Positions 37,311 through 50,795 are shown, counted from the stretch's first letter. The stretch is 64,000 nt of DNA from Octopus sinensis (GCF_006345805.1 NC_043004.1:15624001-15688000), one strand, 5' to 3'. Notes: a model not told the origin generated them from the letters alone. Numbers and translations are program-made.

Positions 37311-39810
37311 TTGTTGTATACGCATGCGCGCGTGTGTATCTGCGTACATATATAGATGATGCACATGTAAACATATACGTTTGTGAACATGTATACACAC
37401 CGTCAGATTTGTGAATCTTTGTTTTCACATATGTATTTGTACATATCCATTATGGTTCTTTGTTTTGTCCCAGGAGAAGATTTACTCTCACATGTTAAAT
37501 CTAAATCACTCCTGCACCTAGTGGAATAAATATCCATACTGACGCATATCTGCTTATACTTCAAATGGTATCGTCTCGTACAAGAACGATTTTGAGCATA
37601 TATTTTAAATAACTTGACCATGGGTAGGATACATGCTATGAACCAGTCGGCATACTATGTATTTATATATGTATGGAGTTCTCTTCAAAGAACTGCCTAC
37701 TAATTAACAAGAAGCTTTGTATGGATTACTCAATTTATCATCATTCTGATGTGTGCGATTTAACGTTAGAAGGATAAGAGATTGTTGACGTTTGATATAT
37801 AATCCAGCTATGAACAGATGTACGAATTTCGACCAGCTTTAGGGAAAGATTTCAAAAAGATGATTAGATACATTGCAGACTTTCTGGACAGAGTCACGAA
37901 ATATACATGCTGTGTCAACTTCATGGGGAGACGTATCTGAATGTTAAGGCGTTAATATAATTCTGCTATTTCAAGTAATTTGGGAGTCAATTACTTATTC
38001 GTTATACACTTGCTGTAAAGAAAATTTAACCTCAGGTAAATATATATATTTTAATCTAAGAACAATTGGCATCCCAGAACCGTTATTGAATTAAATATAT
38101 TACTGTTAACATTATTTCTTCAAAATATTCATACGAGGAATTCTAAGATGTTCCTAAATCCCCTTGCTCTGTGCATATCCATCTGCACGGGGAATTTCTT
38201 TTTATAAAATAATTTCGATTTGAGTGGTAACAGTATGTATTATATTAATTTCGGAACATATACCCCCTGCCTTCCTTTATCTAATGGTCTACCTTGTGAA
38301 ATGTCTGAGGAATAACTACATTGCGTTCAATTCATGGAAAGAACATTGGGTTTAAATGAATTTAACTGTTCACAGTATTATAAATAACTTTGGTTAAAAA
38401 CTATCGATCCTATGTCAAGTAGAATACTAAATTTATAACGTATATATTTAAAACACGGCATCATTTCGGTAAAACATGGCCTCATTTCGGTAGGATGTAG
38501 TAATTCATGCATCGCTTTACTTTCAACAAAAGATAGTATGAAATACATTTGTAACTACTCTCAACTGCATTGTAAAGGTTCTTTTCTGCAAAAGGATAAT
38601 CCCCATTGACAATACACTGTATAAAGTAGTTTTACAATTTATTTTATCCTCATTACTAAAAGGTCGCCAACGTCTCACATAAACCAAAAGGAAAATATGC
38701 TCAACTCTTGATGTGGCTTGCATGTAGTCACTAACTATTATTATGGAATTGTATCCCCCAGAAGTGTTTCCCGAATATATAAATAATTTTAGAAAGGATA
38801 TTTAAAAAAGAAAAACAGTTCACTTATGTTCTACATATTTCATTATTAAAGTTATTTTGCGTGTGTACAGAAGATGTATTTCAGTTATATTAATGATCCC
38901 GCTGTTTTGTGGCGTGTTCAGCCAGTGTAGCCATAAATGTGAGGGACATCTATACTCGGATATATAAACATATTATGCTGAATGAGAACATCGGCGAGCT
39001 GAAGGCATTAAGTTGGACTGTCACAGAGAGGGAATTCCATACCATTTAAATTATGATAGAATGACACAAAGAAAACTTAATTTCTACGGAAATTCAGAAT
39101 GTACTTTGTTATGAATTTTAGCCCGGTTTGGTCTAAGCAGCCGGTACACACACAAATGTGAATGCTACAAGCCATATGTCTCCAGGTACTACATCTTATT
39201 GTGGTCACGATAACTATTGCAGATCAATCTTAATCAGAAAAAAGAACATATACTCAAAGGTATAGAAAAAAACGCATACAGACCATAAGAAATACGTACG
39301 AAACTCATTACATATATATAACATTCGTTGAAATGTTCCTGTGTCCAATTCAACAAATAGTGCATAATTGGCTTTAATAATACTATTTATATGTAAATAT
39401 AGCGTGAACTTTTAATTGCTGAGTGAGATGGAAAATTGAAAGTATAATGAATATAAAACATTTGATTTTCACAATCAATATTTATATATTGAGGGGAAAA
39501 TAATTCAATTTAAAATAAGATACTTTATGTAAATAACCAGACATCGGTTAGGTCACATTGCTTTCGATTCTGTGTTTTGCGCTCAATGAAAATAAAATGT
39601 AGTATTTATTGATTTCAGATATTGCAAGAATAATTGCGATTAAAAATGGGGACACATTGCCTTTATCGACTATTAGTTTTATAATAAACCATGAAAGAGA
39701 TCATCCACGTAAATCAGTGTTTATATATTTGTATCTCAATGGTGCCAAATGTTAGATGTATGCTAGGAATATAATGCCAACCCATAAATTCATAACGTAA
39801 TGTATATATA

Positions 39811-40228
39811 TGCAGGATTGGCTGTGTGGTAAGTAGCTTGCTTACCAACCACACGGTTCCGGGTTCAGTCCCACTACGTGGTATCGTGGGCAAGTGTCTC
39901 CTACTATAGCCTCGGGCCGACCAAAGCCTTGTGAGTGGATTTGGTAGACGGAAACTGAAAGAAGCTCGTCTTATATATGTATATATATATGTGTGTATGT
40001 ATATGTGTGTGTATGTTTGCGTGTCTGTGTTTGTCCCCCCAACATCGCTTGACAACCGATGCTGGTGAGTTTACGTCCCCGTAACTTAGCGGTTCGGTAA
40101 AAGTGACCGATAGAATAAGTACTAGGCTTACAAAGAATAAGTCCTAGGGTCGATTTGATCGACTAAAGGTGGTACTCCAGCATGGCCGCAGTCAAATGAC
40201 TGAAACAAGTAAAAGACAGTAAAAGAGA

Positions 40229-40231
<3 letters not shown>
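39811..40231 (+). mobile_element. Family-A SINE, full length
   Basis: Matches the reverse complement of 16171-16578. Confidence 0.95.
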
Positions 40232-40271
<40 letters not shown>

Positions 40272-40272
40272 T

Positions 40273-40338
<66 letters not shown>

Positions 40339-40835
40339 GTGTGTGTGTGTATTTGTGTCTGTGTGAATATATGAGCGTATTTGTGCATTATATATTCGTA
40401 CCTAAGCACATTTACAGAAGCTAAATATTGATGAAATTTAGGATATCATTATATTATTATTCTGGAAACATTTTAGAATTTTTCCACTAACAATAGCACA
40501 CTATCTAAGGAATATAATAGAGGGAGTAAAAAGTGAACGAAAAAGTAAAATTGATAATTGTGTATATCTAAACTTGAGGGAATTAGCTGCACACAAACGT
40601 ACACACATACCAAGAACAAATATTACCTGAAATGTTATCTCCGAACAGAATAGTATTTCCACAGAATGAAATTATTGTCAAAATGTTCTACATATTCTAT
40701 GTGTTATCTCGACCATGCTAAAAAATTTGGTAACTTTCTATTTTTTATACACTTTCATTTTTTGCTTCCGTGGTATCTCCTTAGTTTTAATATTTTTCAG
40801 TTATCTTCCTTATAAGAAGCGGCGATTTTACTTCA

Positions 40836-41278
40836 TTGTTGTTGCTGTTGTTGTTGTTGTTGTTGTTGTTCTTCTTCTTCTTCTTCTTCTTCTTCTTCTT
40901 CTTCTTCTTCTTCTTCTCATTCTTCTTCTCCTTCTTGTTCTCCTCGTTTTTCTTGTTCTTCTTGTTCTTGTTGTTTTTCTTATTATTATTCTTCTTCTTC
41001 TTCTTCCTCTTCTTCGTGTTCTTCTTCTTCTACTTCTTCTTCTCCTTGTTGTTGTTGTTGTTGTTGTTGTTCTTCTTCTTCTTCTTTTCTTCTTCTTCTT
41101 CTTCTTCTTCTTCTCTTCTTCTTCTTCTTCTCCTTCTTGTTCTTTCTCCTTGTTCTTGTTCCTCTTCTTCTTCTTCATATTATTATTATTATTATTGTTA
41201 TTATTATTATTTTGTTGTCTTTGCAGAGCCTCTAACGCTGGAGATGTACTACGGTATCAGCTATTATTATTATTATTA

Positions 41279-41360
<82 letters not shown>
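40836..41360. repeat. Compound trinucleotide tract (GTT/CTT/ATT)
   Basis: Seen directly. It produces the homopolymer ORFs 40715..41479 and their overlapping frames. Confidence 0.95.
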
Positions 41361-41361
<1 letters not shown>

Positions 41362-41999
41362 GTGTGAGTGTGTGTATGTGTGTGTGTGTTTGACCTTATT
41401 ATCTGGGAAAGTATCATGTAGCAAGTCGAGGAAATTTGAAATGATGATGTATGTACTACTTTTATTATGGAGAAGATAAGTGATGGCCTACGTATCAGAT
41501 AAACAGCACAAAATTCGTCTAAAGCAACGTCTAAATTTCTTCACATCTCTTCTTCTTCTTCTGCTTCTTCTTCGTTTCTTCTTCTTCTTCTTCTTCTTCT
41601 ACCTCATCTCCTTTTCTTTCTTTCTTCCACCTCTTCTACCTCTTTTCCTTTTCGTTATTCTCTTTTTCTACCTCTTCTTCTTCATATAAACAGAACAAAA
41701 TTCGTCTAAACATCGTCTAAATTTCTTCACTCTCTTCTTTTTCTTCTTCTTCTTCTTCTTCTTCTTCTTCTTCTTCTTCTTCTTCTTCTTCTATATCTTC
41801 TCCTTTTCCTTCTTTTCTTTTTCTATCTCTTCTCCTTCTTCTTATTAATGTTTACTCCTACTTCTTTTTCTTTCTTATTCGCTTCTTCTTTTCTTCTTCC
41901 TCTCCTTCTCCTTCGTCTTCTTTTTCTCCTTGCCCGTCTTCTCCTAATACTACTACTACTACTACTGCAACACCACTGACGTCGCCACTACCACTACTG

Positions 42000-42333
42000 T
42001 GGTGACCCCTTTGGTCACAACCACGGGATTGCACCTACGAAGTTACCCTCTGAGGTACAAGTCTGGACAAGTTTTGTTTATGGAAGACTAGCAGTCACCC
42101 ATGCATACCAGCATTCCCCTCTCCACACCATTGATGTTATCCAAGGCAAAAGCACAGGCTGACGCAGTTTGGTACCAGTGACGTCGCAATCCATTTCTAG
42201 AGCTGAGTTAACTGGAGCAACGTGAATTAAAGTGTCTTGCTCAAGAACACAACACGTAGCCCAGTCCTGGAGTCGAACTCACATCCTCGCGATCGTAAGT
42301 CCGACGCTCTAACCACTGAGCCATGCGCCTTCA
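42000..42333 (-). mobile_element. Family-C SINE (long-tail variant) within (TAC)n
   Basis: Matches 36718-37055. Confidence 0.9.
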
Positions 42334-42371
<38 letters not shown>

Positions 42372-42519
42372 TTACTACTACTACTACTTATTCTATTACT
42401 AATCCTATTGTTGCTGCTCTTCCTGCTTTTCTTCTTTCTGCAACATTAGTTGGTATTGTTGCTATTCCTACTCGTCGCAAACTGAGGAAATTTATGTTCA
42501 ACGATATTTCTAGTAGCAA

Positions 42520-42563
<44 letters not shown>

Positions 42564-42633
42564 TTGGTGCTATTGCTTCGTTCTCTTTGGTGGTGGCGGT
42601 GGTGGATAGCAAATTAAATTCAGAATACACAGT

Positions 42634-42781
42634 TTTGATCTACCAAACTCACTCACTATATACTGCTTCGCTCAGTGCTATAGTATAAGACACTTGTTCA
42701 TGGTGCCCTGCAAGGGTACTGAACCAGAAATCACGTGTTTGCAATGCGTGCCTCTCAGCTACACGGCGATACCTGTGCGTG
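42634..42781 (-). mobile_element. Degenerate family-A SINE head
   Basis: ctaccaaactcactca...gctatagtataagacacttg...ggtactgaaccagaa. Confidence 0.55.
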
Positions 42782-43354
42782 AATGTCGACCGAAATGCCA
42801 ATACTATATGCTATATTTAGTGACGGCTCTTTCCATTCTGAGATCAAATACCACTGAGATCAGTTCTTTCACTCATTTCTCCGGGGTTGATTGGATGTAC
42901 TATAAATCAAGTACAAATCAGTTGATAGTACTGACTAAATATTACTTCAAAGTCCTTGTTCTTCTGCTAGACATTTTATGCAATTAGTGAAGGAAGGCTC
43001 TTCATTCCTTAATAAAATAGGGTAAAAAATCACAGAGTGTCACGTACAGTATTGAAACGTAACACCTTACTCACGCAATTACAGAATCACTTCTAATTAT
43101 TAACTAGATTTGTCAGCAGTAGAAAGAGTTCAAATCTTTATCTGCATGATAGGAGAATTTACTGCTAATACGCCATGTGATATTACATGTACTTGTCTTT
43201 ACTTGAAATTATTAACTGAAATTTGAAATTTGACCAACAGGTATTTCTTGGAGAAAAACGAGAAGAATTAATGATTAGTCTCACCTAAGCAAAGGAGTCT
43301 AATAATCGCTTAAGTACCTTGGGAACAAACCTCCTTAAAATGAGATATTATATT

Positions 43355-44112
43355 ATTAATTTATAATTGTTCAGCCTTTGACAGTTTGAGGCAACTTGCT
43401 GCTGCATCGCTTGTTACACCTCCGTGATGCTGAAGTGTGTGAAACTTTGTGTGATTATATTCAGCTCTTTGGGGTGTGCGAACTCTGCCCGGTATTGTGC
43501 TAGTTTTTATTTTTCTCTTCAGGTATTGTGTAACTGCTTGTATTGTATGTGGAGTGTGTAATGCTTTGGTTTCCTACGTTACTGATAGGGATTTATTTCA
43601 CTGGGTAACTGCTGTATAGAATGTGTCTTGTATTTGTGGGTTGTTTTGTTTAGTTCGTATTATTGAATTGAGGGTGTCTTGCGTAGTATGTGGGCTCTTC
43701 TTAGTAGGGATATTTTGTGGGGAGTGCGTAACGTTGAGGATCTAGGTATAGCTTCTACGTTTTTGTTAAATGATTTTTTTTGCCGTGCCCAATGCTCCAA
43801 TTATTATTACTACTGTTTTTACCTTCATGCCCATATCTTGAATACTTCAGTTTCGAGGTCTTTGTACTCTGACAATTTCTCCAATCCTTTATGGAAAATA
43901 TTTTGATCAGAAGTGACTGCAATGTCTATCAGTAAGCAAAGTGTGTTTTTACTCCCCAATCCTTGATTAACATGTCTGAACGATTAGCTTTTATTTCTTT
44001 GTCGCTTTCAACCGTCGCCTCCCAGATGATTGTGGCCTGGCCGTTGTCTTGTACCTAGTTTGGCACATATTGTCAGTTTCAATGTTGTAAGGGTGACATA
44101 TTGTCGTGTTTG
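43355..44112 (-). mobile_element. 5'-truncated R4/Dong-like LINE (restriction-like endonuclease C-terminus plus 3' UTR)
   Basis: Minus translation (frameshifted) ATIIWE..ESDKEIKANRSDMLIKD..LLIDIAVTSDQN..KLSEYKDLETEV..IGALG..AHILRK, stop at 43660-43662. Bounded by (TTA)n-like sequence. Confidence 0.8.
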
Positions 44113-44234
44113 TATATTATTATTATTATTATTGTTGTTGTTGTTGTTGTTGTTATTTATTGTCTTAGCACAGCTTCAAACGCTGGAGAGGTACTACTGT
44201 GCCAGCTGTTTATTACCAGTGAACTAAGATGACA

Positions 44235-44288
<54 letters not shown>

Positions 44289-44331
44289 CATCATCATCAT
44301 TATTATTAGTAGTAGTAGTAGTATTAATAGT

Positions 44332-44733
44332 AGGTGTAGGAGTGGCTGTGCAGTAAGTAGCTAGTTTACCAATTATATGGATCCGGGTTCAGTCCCACTG
44401 CATGGCACCTTGGGTAATTGTCTTCTACTATAGCCTCGGGCCGACCAAATCCTTGTGAGTGGATTTGGTAGAGGAAAACTGAAAGAAGCCCGTAGTATAT
44501 ATGTATATATGTGTGTTTATGTTTGTTTGTCTGTGTTTTTCCCCCCAATATCGCTTCGCAACAGATACTGGTGTGTTTACGTCACCGTAACTTAGCGGTT
44601 CGGCAAAAGAGACCGATAGAATAAGTACTAGGCTTACAAAGAATAAGTCCTGGGGTCAATTTGCTCGTCTAAAGGCAGTGTTCCAGCATGGTCACAGTCA
44701 AATAACTGAAAGAAGTAAAAGTGTAAAAGAGTA
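44332..44733 (+). mobile_element. Family-A SINE, full length
   Basis: Matches 39811-40231. Confidence 0.95.
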
Positions 44734-45504
44734 TCATTATAATTATTATTATTTTTCGTAGTAGTAGTAGTAGTAGTAGTAGTATATGATGAAAGTTTAT
44801 GAAGAACAAGAAGGTGAGGAGGAGAATGACGATTACTACGTCGAAGACGATGAGGGTTCTCCAAGGAGGTGGTGTTGATGACGACCGCACTACTGCTGCA
44901 GCTGCCGCTTATGATGATAAAAATAAAGGTGAAAACGATACGTACAAGAACGAGGAGGCAAGCGATAAGGAGAATCAGGAAGTATAAAAATAAAAAGAAT
45001 CCGCATATACGAAACAAGACTAATACAAGAATATAACAAAAAATATTGCCTATGAAAATACATAAACATTATCATGTTTCCCCTTCTACGTTGGTCTGTT
45101 CAGCGAGATTCAGCAGCTGATATATATTTTACTTCCGATTCTGTGGAGGTAATAAGTTGAAAAATACACGCTCAAAATGACTTGTAGCGAAAAGTATGAA
45201 CTTTTCTGTAGACAGGATCTTTTCTGTTATCTGGTTTACAGGCGCGCGAGGGCACCCATGCACAGACAGACATGTACACACAGCACTGATGCTTACATAC
45301 ACAATGTGAATCACTCAAAGACATAAATATTCTTATGTGCATACACATGCACGCGTATATGTAGCTCGATAGGTAATAAACTAAGGAAATAAATCGATGC
45401 ATATGTATCTATATATATAGGCGTGTGCGAGTATGTGTGTATGTGTGTGTGCGTGTGTGTTTGTGTGCGTGTGTGCTTGTATATATGTATGCACTTGTCT
45501 GTCT

Positions 45505-45611
45505 ATAGATAGATGGATACAGGTGATAGATAGATAGATAGATAGATAGATCGACAGATATATAGATCGACAGATATATAGATCGATAGATAGATAGACG
45601 GATAGATCGAC

Positions 45612-45647
<36 letters not shown>

Positions 45648-45709
45648 CGACAGATATATAGATCGACAGATATATAGATAGATAGATAGACGGATAGATC
45701 GACAGATAT

Positions 45710-45755
<46 letters not shown>

Positions 45756-45793
45756 CGACATATATATATATAGATAGATAGATAGATAGATCG

Positions 45794-45826
<33 letters not shown>

Positions 45827-45900
45827 CGGATAAATCGACAGATATATAGATAGATAGATAGATAGATAGACGGATAGATCGACAGATAGATAGATAGATA
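45505..45900. repeat. (GATA)n-derived satellite with recurring GATCGACA / GACG variants
   Basis: Seen directly in the sequence. Confidence 0.9.
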
Positions 45901-45996
45901 CTAAAAGGTAGGCAGAGAGAAAAGCAAACACGCAGCTTTCAATACTGCACGATACATGATCCCCGCCTCACACACACACACACACACACACATATA

Positions 45997-47243
45997 CGAG
46001 AGTGTACTTTGTTTTACATGTTTGCTCTTTTAACGTCTTCAAAGTATTCTCTATTTGAAGGAGTGCATCGATCCAGAAATGTTTTCCATTGTTCGAAGCA
46101 GTCATGAAACATTTGCGAAGTGATGCCTTTTAACGCCTCAGTAGTTTTTTCCTTCATCCCTTTCACATCTTCAAAACGTTTTTCTTTAAGGACTTTTTTT
46201 CATTCGAGGGAGCATAATAAATCTTAGGGAGCAAGATCGTGTGGATAGAGAGGGTTGGTAAGCAGGATCATGTCATTTTTGGTCAAAAACTGTGTCACAT
46301 TCAAGGCGGCGTGCGCGGGAGCATTGCCGTGGTGAAACCACCTTTCTCCACTTCGCCACAGGTCGTGGCGTTTTCATGTCACGGCGTCTCGCAAAACTTC
46401 AGAACTGCCAAGTAAAATGCCTGGTTAAATGTTTGACCGGAAGAAACTAATCTTGTGTGAACAATTTCTTTCGCATCGGTGACACAAATCAGCATCTTCT
46501 TCAGATCGGACTTCACATCCCACACTTTGGTGGTGCCGGGTGACATTGAATGCTGCCATTGACTTGGTTACTGATTCGCCTTCGGGTCCTAGCCGTTGCA
46601 ACGGCTTTCGCCACTAGTGATGATCTTCAAACACGGGTCCGGACCACCTTACAGCTGTTCTTTTGGTTCAAGACACGCATTCAGTCGTGACTACTTTTAA
46701 TCTTCTGTGAGCAAGCGAAGCATAAGTTTTGCTGCAACTTTTCCATTCGCAATTCCTCGCTCAAAATTCGTTGACAGGTGTTTTAGGACACTGCAGTCAT
46801 ATCAAGTTCGTTAATTTTCGGCGACGGTTCGCTAAGGTCAGTTCATGAAATTTTTTGAGATTTTCATTCCTTCTGGATGTCGACGGACACCCTGAACGAG
46901 GTGGGACTTCAAGCGTCAAGCGACCATTTATAAAGCGTGAAATCTACACGCAAACTTGTGTTTACACATGGCAGCGCACTTGTAAACTGTTTGAAGCATG
47001 AGAACTGTTTCGTCCACCGCTTTCCCCAGTCGAAAACAGAATTTCGCTTCAGCCATCGCAAAAATCGACGAACAGAGAAGAGCTTTAAAGCAAAGGCGTA
47101 CCACGTGGTAGTACGAGCCCAACCAACGATGCCATTTGGCAGGGTGATGCCAGAGGGTTGCAAGTGGCTACTAGCGATAGACACCTGAACTATAAAGGGC
47201 TTGTGACACAGAGAACAATTCCAGTAACTTTTGGGAACCCTCG
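45997..47243 (-). mobile_element. Decayed mariner transposon, near-complete transposase, one TIR largely deleted
   Basis: AKFCFRLGKAVDETVLMLQT, NGRLTLEVPPRSGCPSTS, KIITSGESRCNG*DP (ITGDESW-like), LKGITSQMFHDCFEQW..REYFE. TIR cgagggttcccaaaagtt+TA at 47243, with only TA+CGAG left at 45995. Confidence 0.85.
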
Positions 47244-47262
47244 TATTGTGATGTAAAGAGCA

Positions 47263-47345
<83 letters not shown>

Positions 47346-48834
47346 CAGGAAACTATGTTTCCTGTATCAGATAGCAAGATGGTAGACCGTAATATACACA
47401 GACCGAGATGGATAACTTGTTTGACCAATCTGCGTATGATCTGATTTGTTATATAAATTAAATTTCTCTTTATTCACTCCTGGGGTTAGGGACAAGTAAT
47501 ATAAACATCTTGTAATATTTATATTTATATTTATATTTCCAGGTGCATGTTGCTATCTAAACTCAAGCAAACACACGTAGGCATATACCTACATGCCTAT
47601 GCATATGCATACCATACAAACACATATTCATGTAAATGTGTGTAGGTGTGTGTGTTAGCGTGCGTGTGTGTGTTAGCGTACGTGTGTGTGTGAGTATACC
47701 TATACTCGGAGATAAATAAACATGTTTTATGTTTAAACAAAACATCTGCGAGCCGAAGGAATTAAGTTCAACGCTCAAAGAGAAAGAATTACAGGCTATT
47801 TAAATTGCAATAAAATGGCACTGAAAGAAATTTAAGTTCTACAAACAGAATGTCCTGAGTTATGAATATACCCCCCTTCTGCCTAGGCAGCCTATACACA
47901 CAAGTCACATGTGTACGAGAACATATACATATACACACACACACACACGCACGCACACACACATAGAGGACGGTGTTATCCTTTTTACATTGGTTCCAGT
48001 CCTGGTGATATTCAAAGTAGATGTGGTGGGCCTAGTCAATGAATGGGGAATCCCAAGTCTGAAGTAAGAGACGTTTTAGACGAGGATATTGACTGAATAT
48101 CCTGGAGTTTAAAAAGATCCGCGGGTCGAGTGAGTTTTTTAAAGATCCCCTACCCTATCTCCCAAGCAAAGCTTACATAATTTTGCTCGTGTTTATATGA
48201 CTCCGGTTGTTCAAAGAACTTCCATTTGAATATATATGGGTTTCCGTCTTTTCTTAAGCAGCATACGCTCTTGTTAGAGACGTGATGTTGCACCTCATAT
48301 GCGCATATAGGTTATAAAATGTCTACCGATTAGATGGTCAATTCGAAGCAGAGGGGATAGTGTCTGAGGCCTACGTCGTAGCCACACTCGAAGCCATCAA
48401 CTTTATATGAAATTGTATTATATATCATGTAATGTATACCTTTATTTAAAACTGTTTCAATCGGTTCCTGGCAACTCAAAGTGTTATTGGCTGTAACGAG
48501 AGTTCGGAACTTTAAGCTGAGTGAAGCCGAATCAAACAGTTTCAATATATGTAACTCACACAAATAGGTTGAATTTCTCATTCTTTTGTTTAGCTGATCA
48601 TTCGTATACACAAACACACACACATGTACACACACGCACGCACACACACACACAAACACTTATAAGTGTGTATGTACGCATATATATATATATATGTGTG
48701 TTTGTGTGTGTGTGTATTTACGCACAGGTGTTAGTATACGTTTCTATTATTAGAGAATATATTGTTGTAAACGATATATAATTAAATTTACTATTAAAAA
48801 GTACCTGCGCGCCGCTCTTCTCCGTAATTTACAG

Positions 48835-49035
48835 GCTTTGGGTTTGTAGCACCATAATCGTAAGATTGTAGTTTCGATTCCTGGACAGGGGCGACGCGTT
48901 GTGTTCTTGAGCAAAACACTTCAATTCACGTTGCTCCAGTCCACTCAGCTGGCAAAGATGAGTAACGCTCATATACGCCATAGAAACCGGGAAACCGGGC
49001 CCATGAGTCTGGGTAGGCTTTAAAAGGGCGCATTT
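48835..49035 (+). mobile_element. Family-C SINE (short-tail variant)
   Basis: Matches 21790-22036. Confidence 0.85.
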
Positions 49036-50261
49036 ACATATTTTATTATGTATATACGTATATATATATATATTAGATATATATATTATATATGTGTGTG
49101 TGTATGTGTGCGTGTGTGTGTATACATGCATACATGGATATATAGACATATATTTTAGTAGGTATCAATACGCTGATTCTTACATGTAGTCGTCATACAT
49201 TTAATGGCAAAACAGAAAATATAAGAATAGATACAGCTACTAGCATTACTCTTTCAACTACTACTAATCTTACAAATTTAATAATACTACTACTGCTACA
49301 GTTAATACTGCTGCGCTGCTTATACTGATCCTGTCGATGCTGATGCTGCGGTTACTCCTACTACTTCAGAAAATTTACTAATAATGAATTTCACATTTCT
49401 TTGCACACAACTATATTGGACAGTGGTATCTCATTTACAAACGGTCGTAATTTAAAAACAGAAAAGCCTTTGAGTTTGTCGGATTTATTGGAATACACTT
49501 AGGTTACATCAATAAGTATGTACTTATGTGAATGATTTTATGTTGTGTGGGAGTGTTAAATTAATATTGGACACACATAATATGGGTGTTCGTGTTGCAC
49601 ATAACCGATCGTGATTGTAGATTTGCGAGCGATATCATATCATTTGTCGGTTTACTGAATTCTCTAAATGCATTACTAGGTTTATCTATGAGAAACCGGA
49701 AACATCAAGTGGAAAATTGATACTGCTATTGTTTTGCAAGCGTTTACACTTAGAGTACTTCACTTGTTGGCAAAGATAATACACGTCGTGTTCATTCATT
49801 TTCTGTTAATGTAACTTCTCGGTGCTAGCTGTTTAGCTTATTTGTGTGAAATTTGTTGTTCTGTCAATAATGATGATGTCCATCGTAGCGAACTCGTTAT
49901 CGGTTACCAAAATGTTGACAATCATTATCATAACACTGAAAATGTTGCTGGTGATGTGGTTGACAGACTCTTCTATAATGCTATCGGCAGTTGTCACATA
50001 GTTTCGGTCACACATCATTCTTAACGATAACACGTTTTCCGTTCCCTTCCAGTACATTAGCTTATGCTTGGAGTTACAGCATGAAAACGAACATTTAGAA
50101 CGCAATGTCATTTAGAGTACTTAGCTGTTAAAAGTAACTGAACTTTTATGACTCAAATTATAAACACTATATATGTTATATATATATAATATAATATATA
50201 TATATATATATTATATATACGAGAGAGAGGGAAGAGATAGAAAATATTTGATATCTAAGTA

Positions 50262-50660
50262 TCAGGTCATCCCATAAGTTCTGTCCTAATTTTGAATAAA
50301 GAAAACAAGAGATCAAGTGTTATAGTTAATTGAAACTTAATCACCAATGTACTTTCCGTGATTATCTATGACTTCCTTCCATCTATTTACAAGCTTTTTA
50401 ATTCCCATCAATGTAAAACTCTTTTGGTTTGAAAGCGAAGAACTCTGAAATATCAGTTTCGACGTCCTCCCGTCTTGCGAAAGATGTGCGACCCCCCTCC
50501 TCCCCGATTGATTCTGTAAACTACGAAACAAATGGTAGTCTGAAGGAGCAAGGCCGGGACAATAAGGTGGATGAGGAATTTTTTTCCCAACAAAGCTCTT
50601 CGATCTTCTGTGATGTGATAGAGAGTGAGGTGTAGGAAAGAAAATGGATGTGAGATATGT
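50262..50660 (-). mobile_element. 3' fragment of a second mariner family
   Basis: HPPYCPGLAPSDYHLFRSLQN...GIKKLVNRWKEVIDNHGKYIGD* followed by a TIR-like end (TA)tcaggtcatcccataagttctgtcc. Confidence 0.85.
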
Positions 50661-50749
50661 CACATTTATTTTCTCACATCTCATATCTCGCATCTATTTT
50701 CTTTCCTCCACCTCACTCTCTATCACATCACAGAAGATCGAAGATCTTT
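50592..50749. repeat. Fold-back hairpin (about 68-bp arms, 22-nt loop) at the mariner truncation point
   Basis: 50592-50659 is nearly the exact reverse complement of 50682-50749. Confidence 0.95.
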
Positions 50750-50795
50750 TTGTGTCCTATCTAAATTAACTATTACTTAACCATTCTCTCACACC

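Noticed and set aside
37818-37940. Short ORF MYEFRPALGKDFKKMIRYIADFLD resembling an aromatic amino-acid decarboxylase N-terminus
   Set aside because: The similarity is short and register-shifted, ends in a stop without a donor site, and has no downstream exons.
40715-41479. Longest ORF in the track (254 aa, poly-L/V/F/S/Y) and overlapping ORFs
   Set aside because: Pure translation of GTT/CTT/ATT trinucleotide tracts. It is open in several frames and on both strands, with no protein signal.
46440-46505. CUGAAGA...GAAA on the minus strand
   Set aside because: Lies inside mariner transposase sequence and lacks stem II pairing.
48092-48112. Perfect 8-bp hairpin aggatatt-gactg-aatatcct
   Set aside because: Too short to be significant in 64 kb of AT-rich sequence, with no supporting context.
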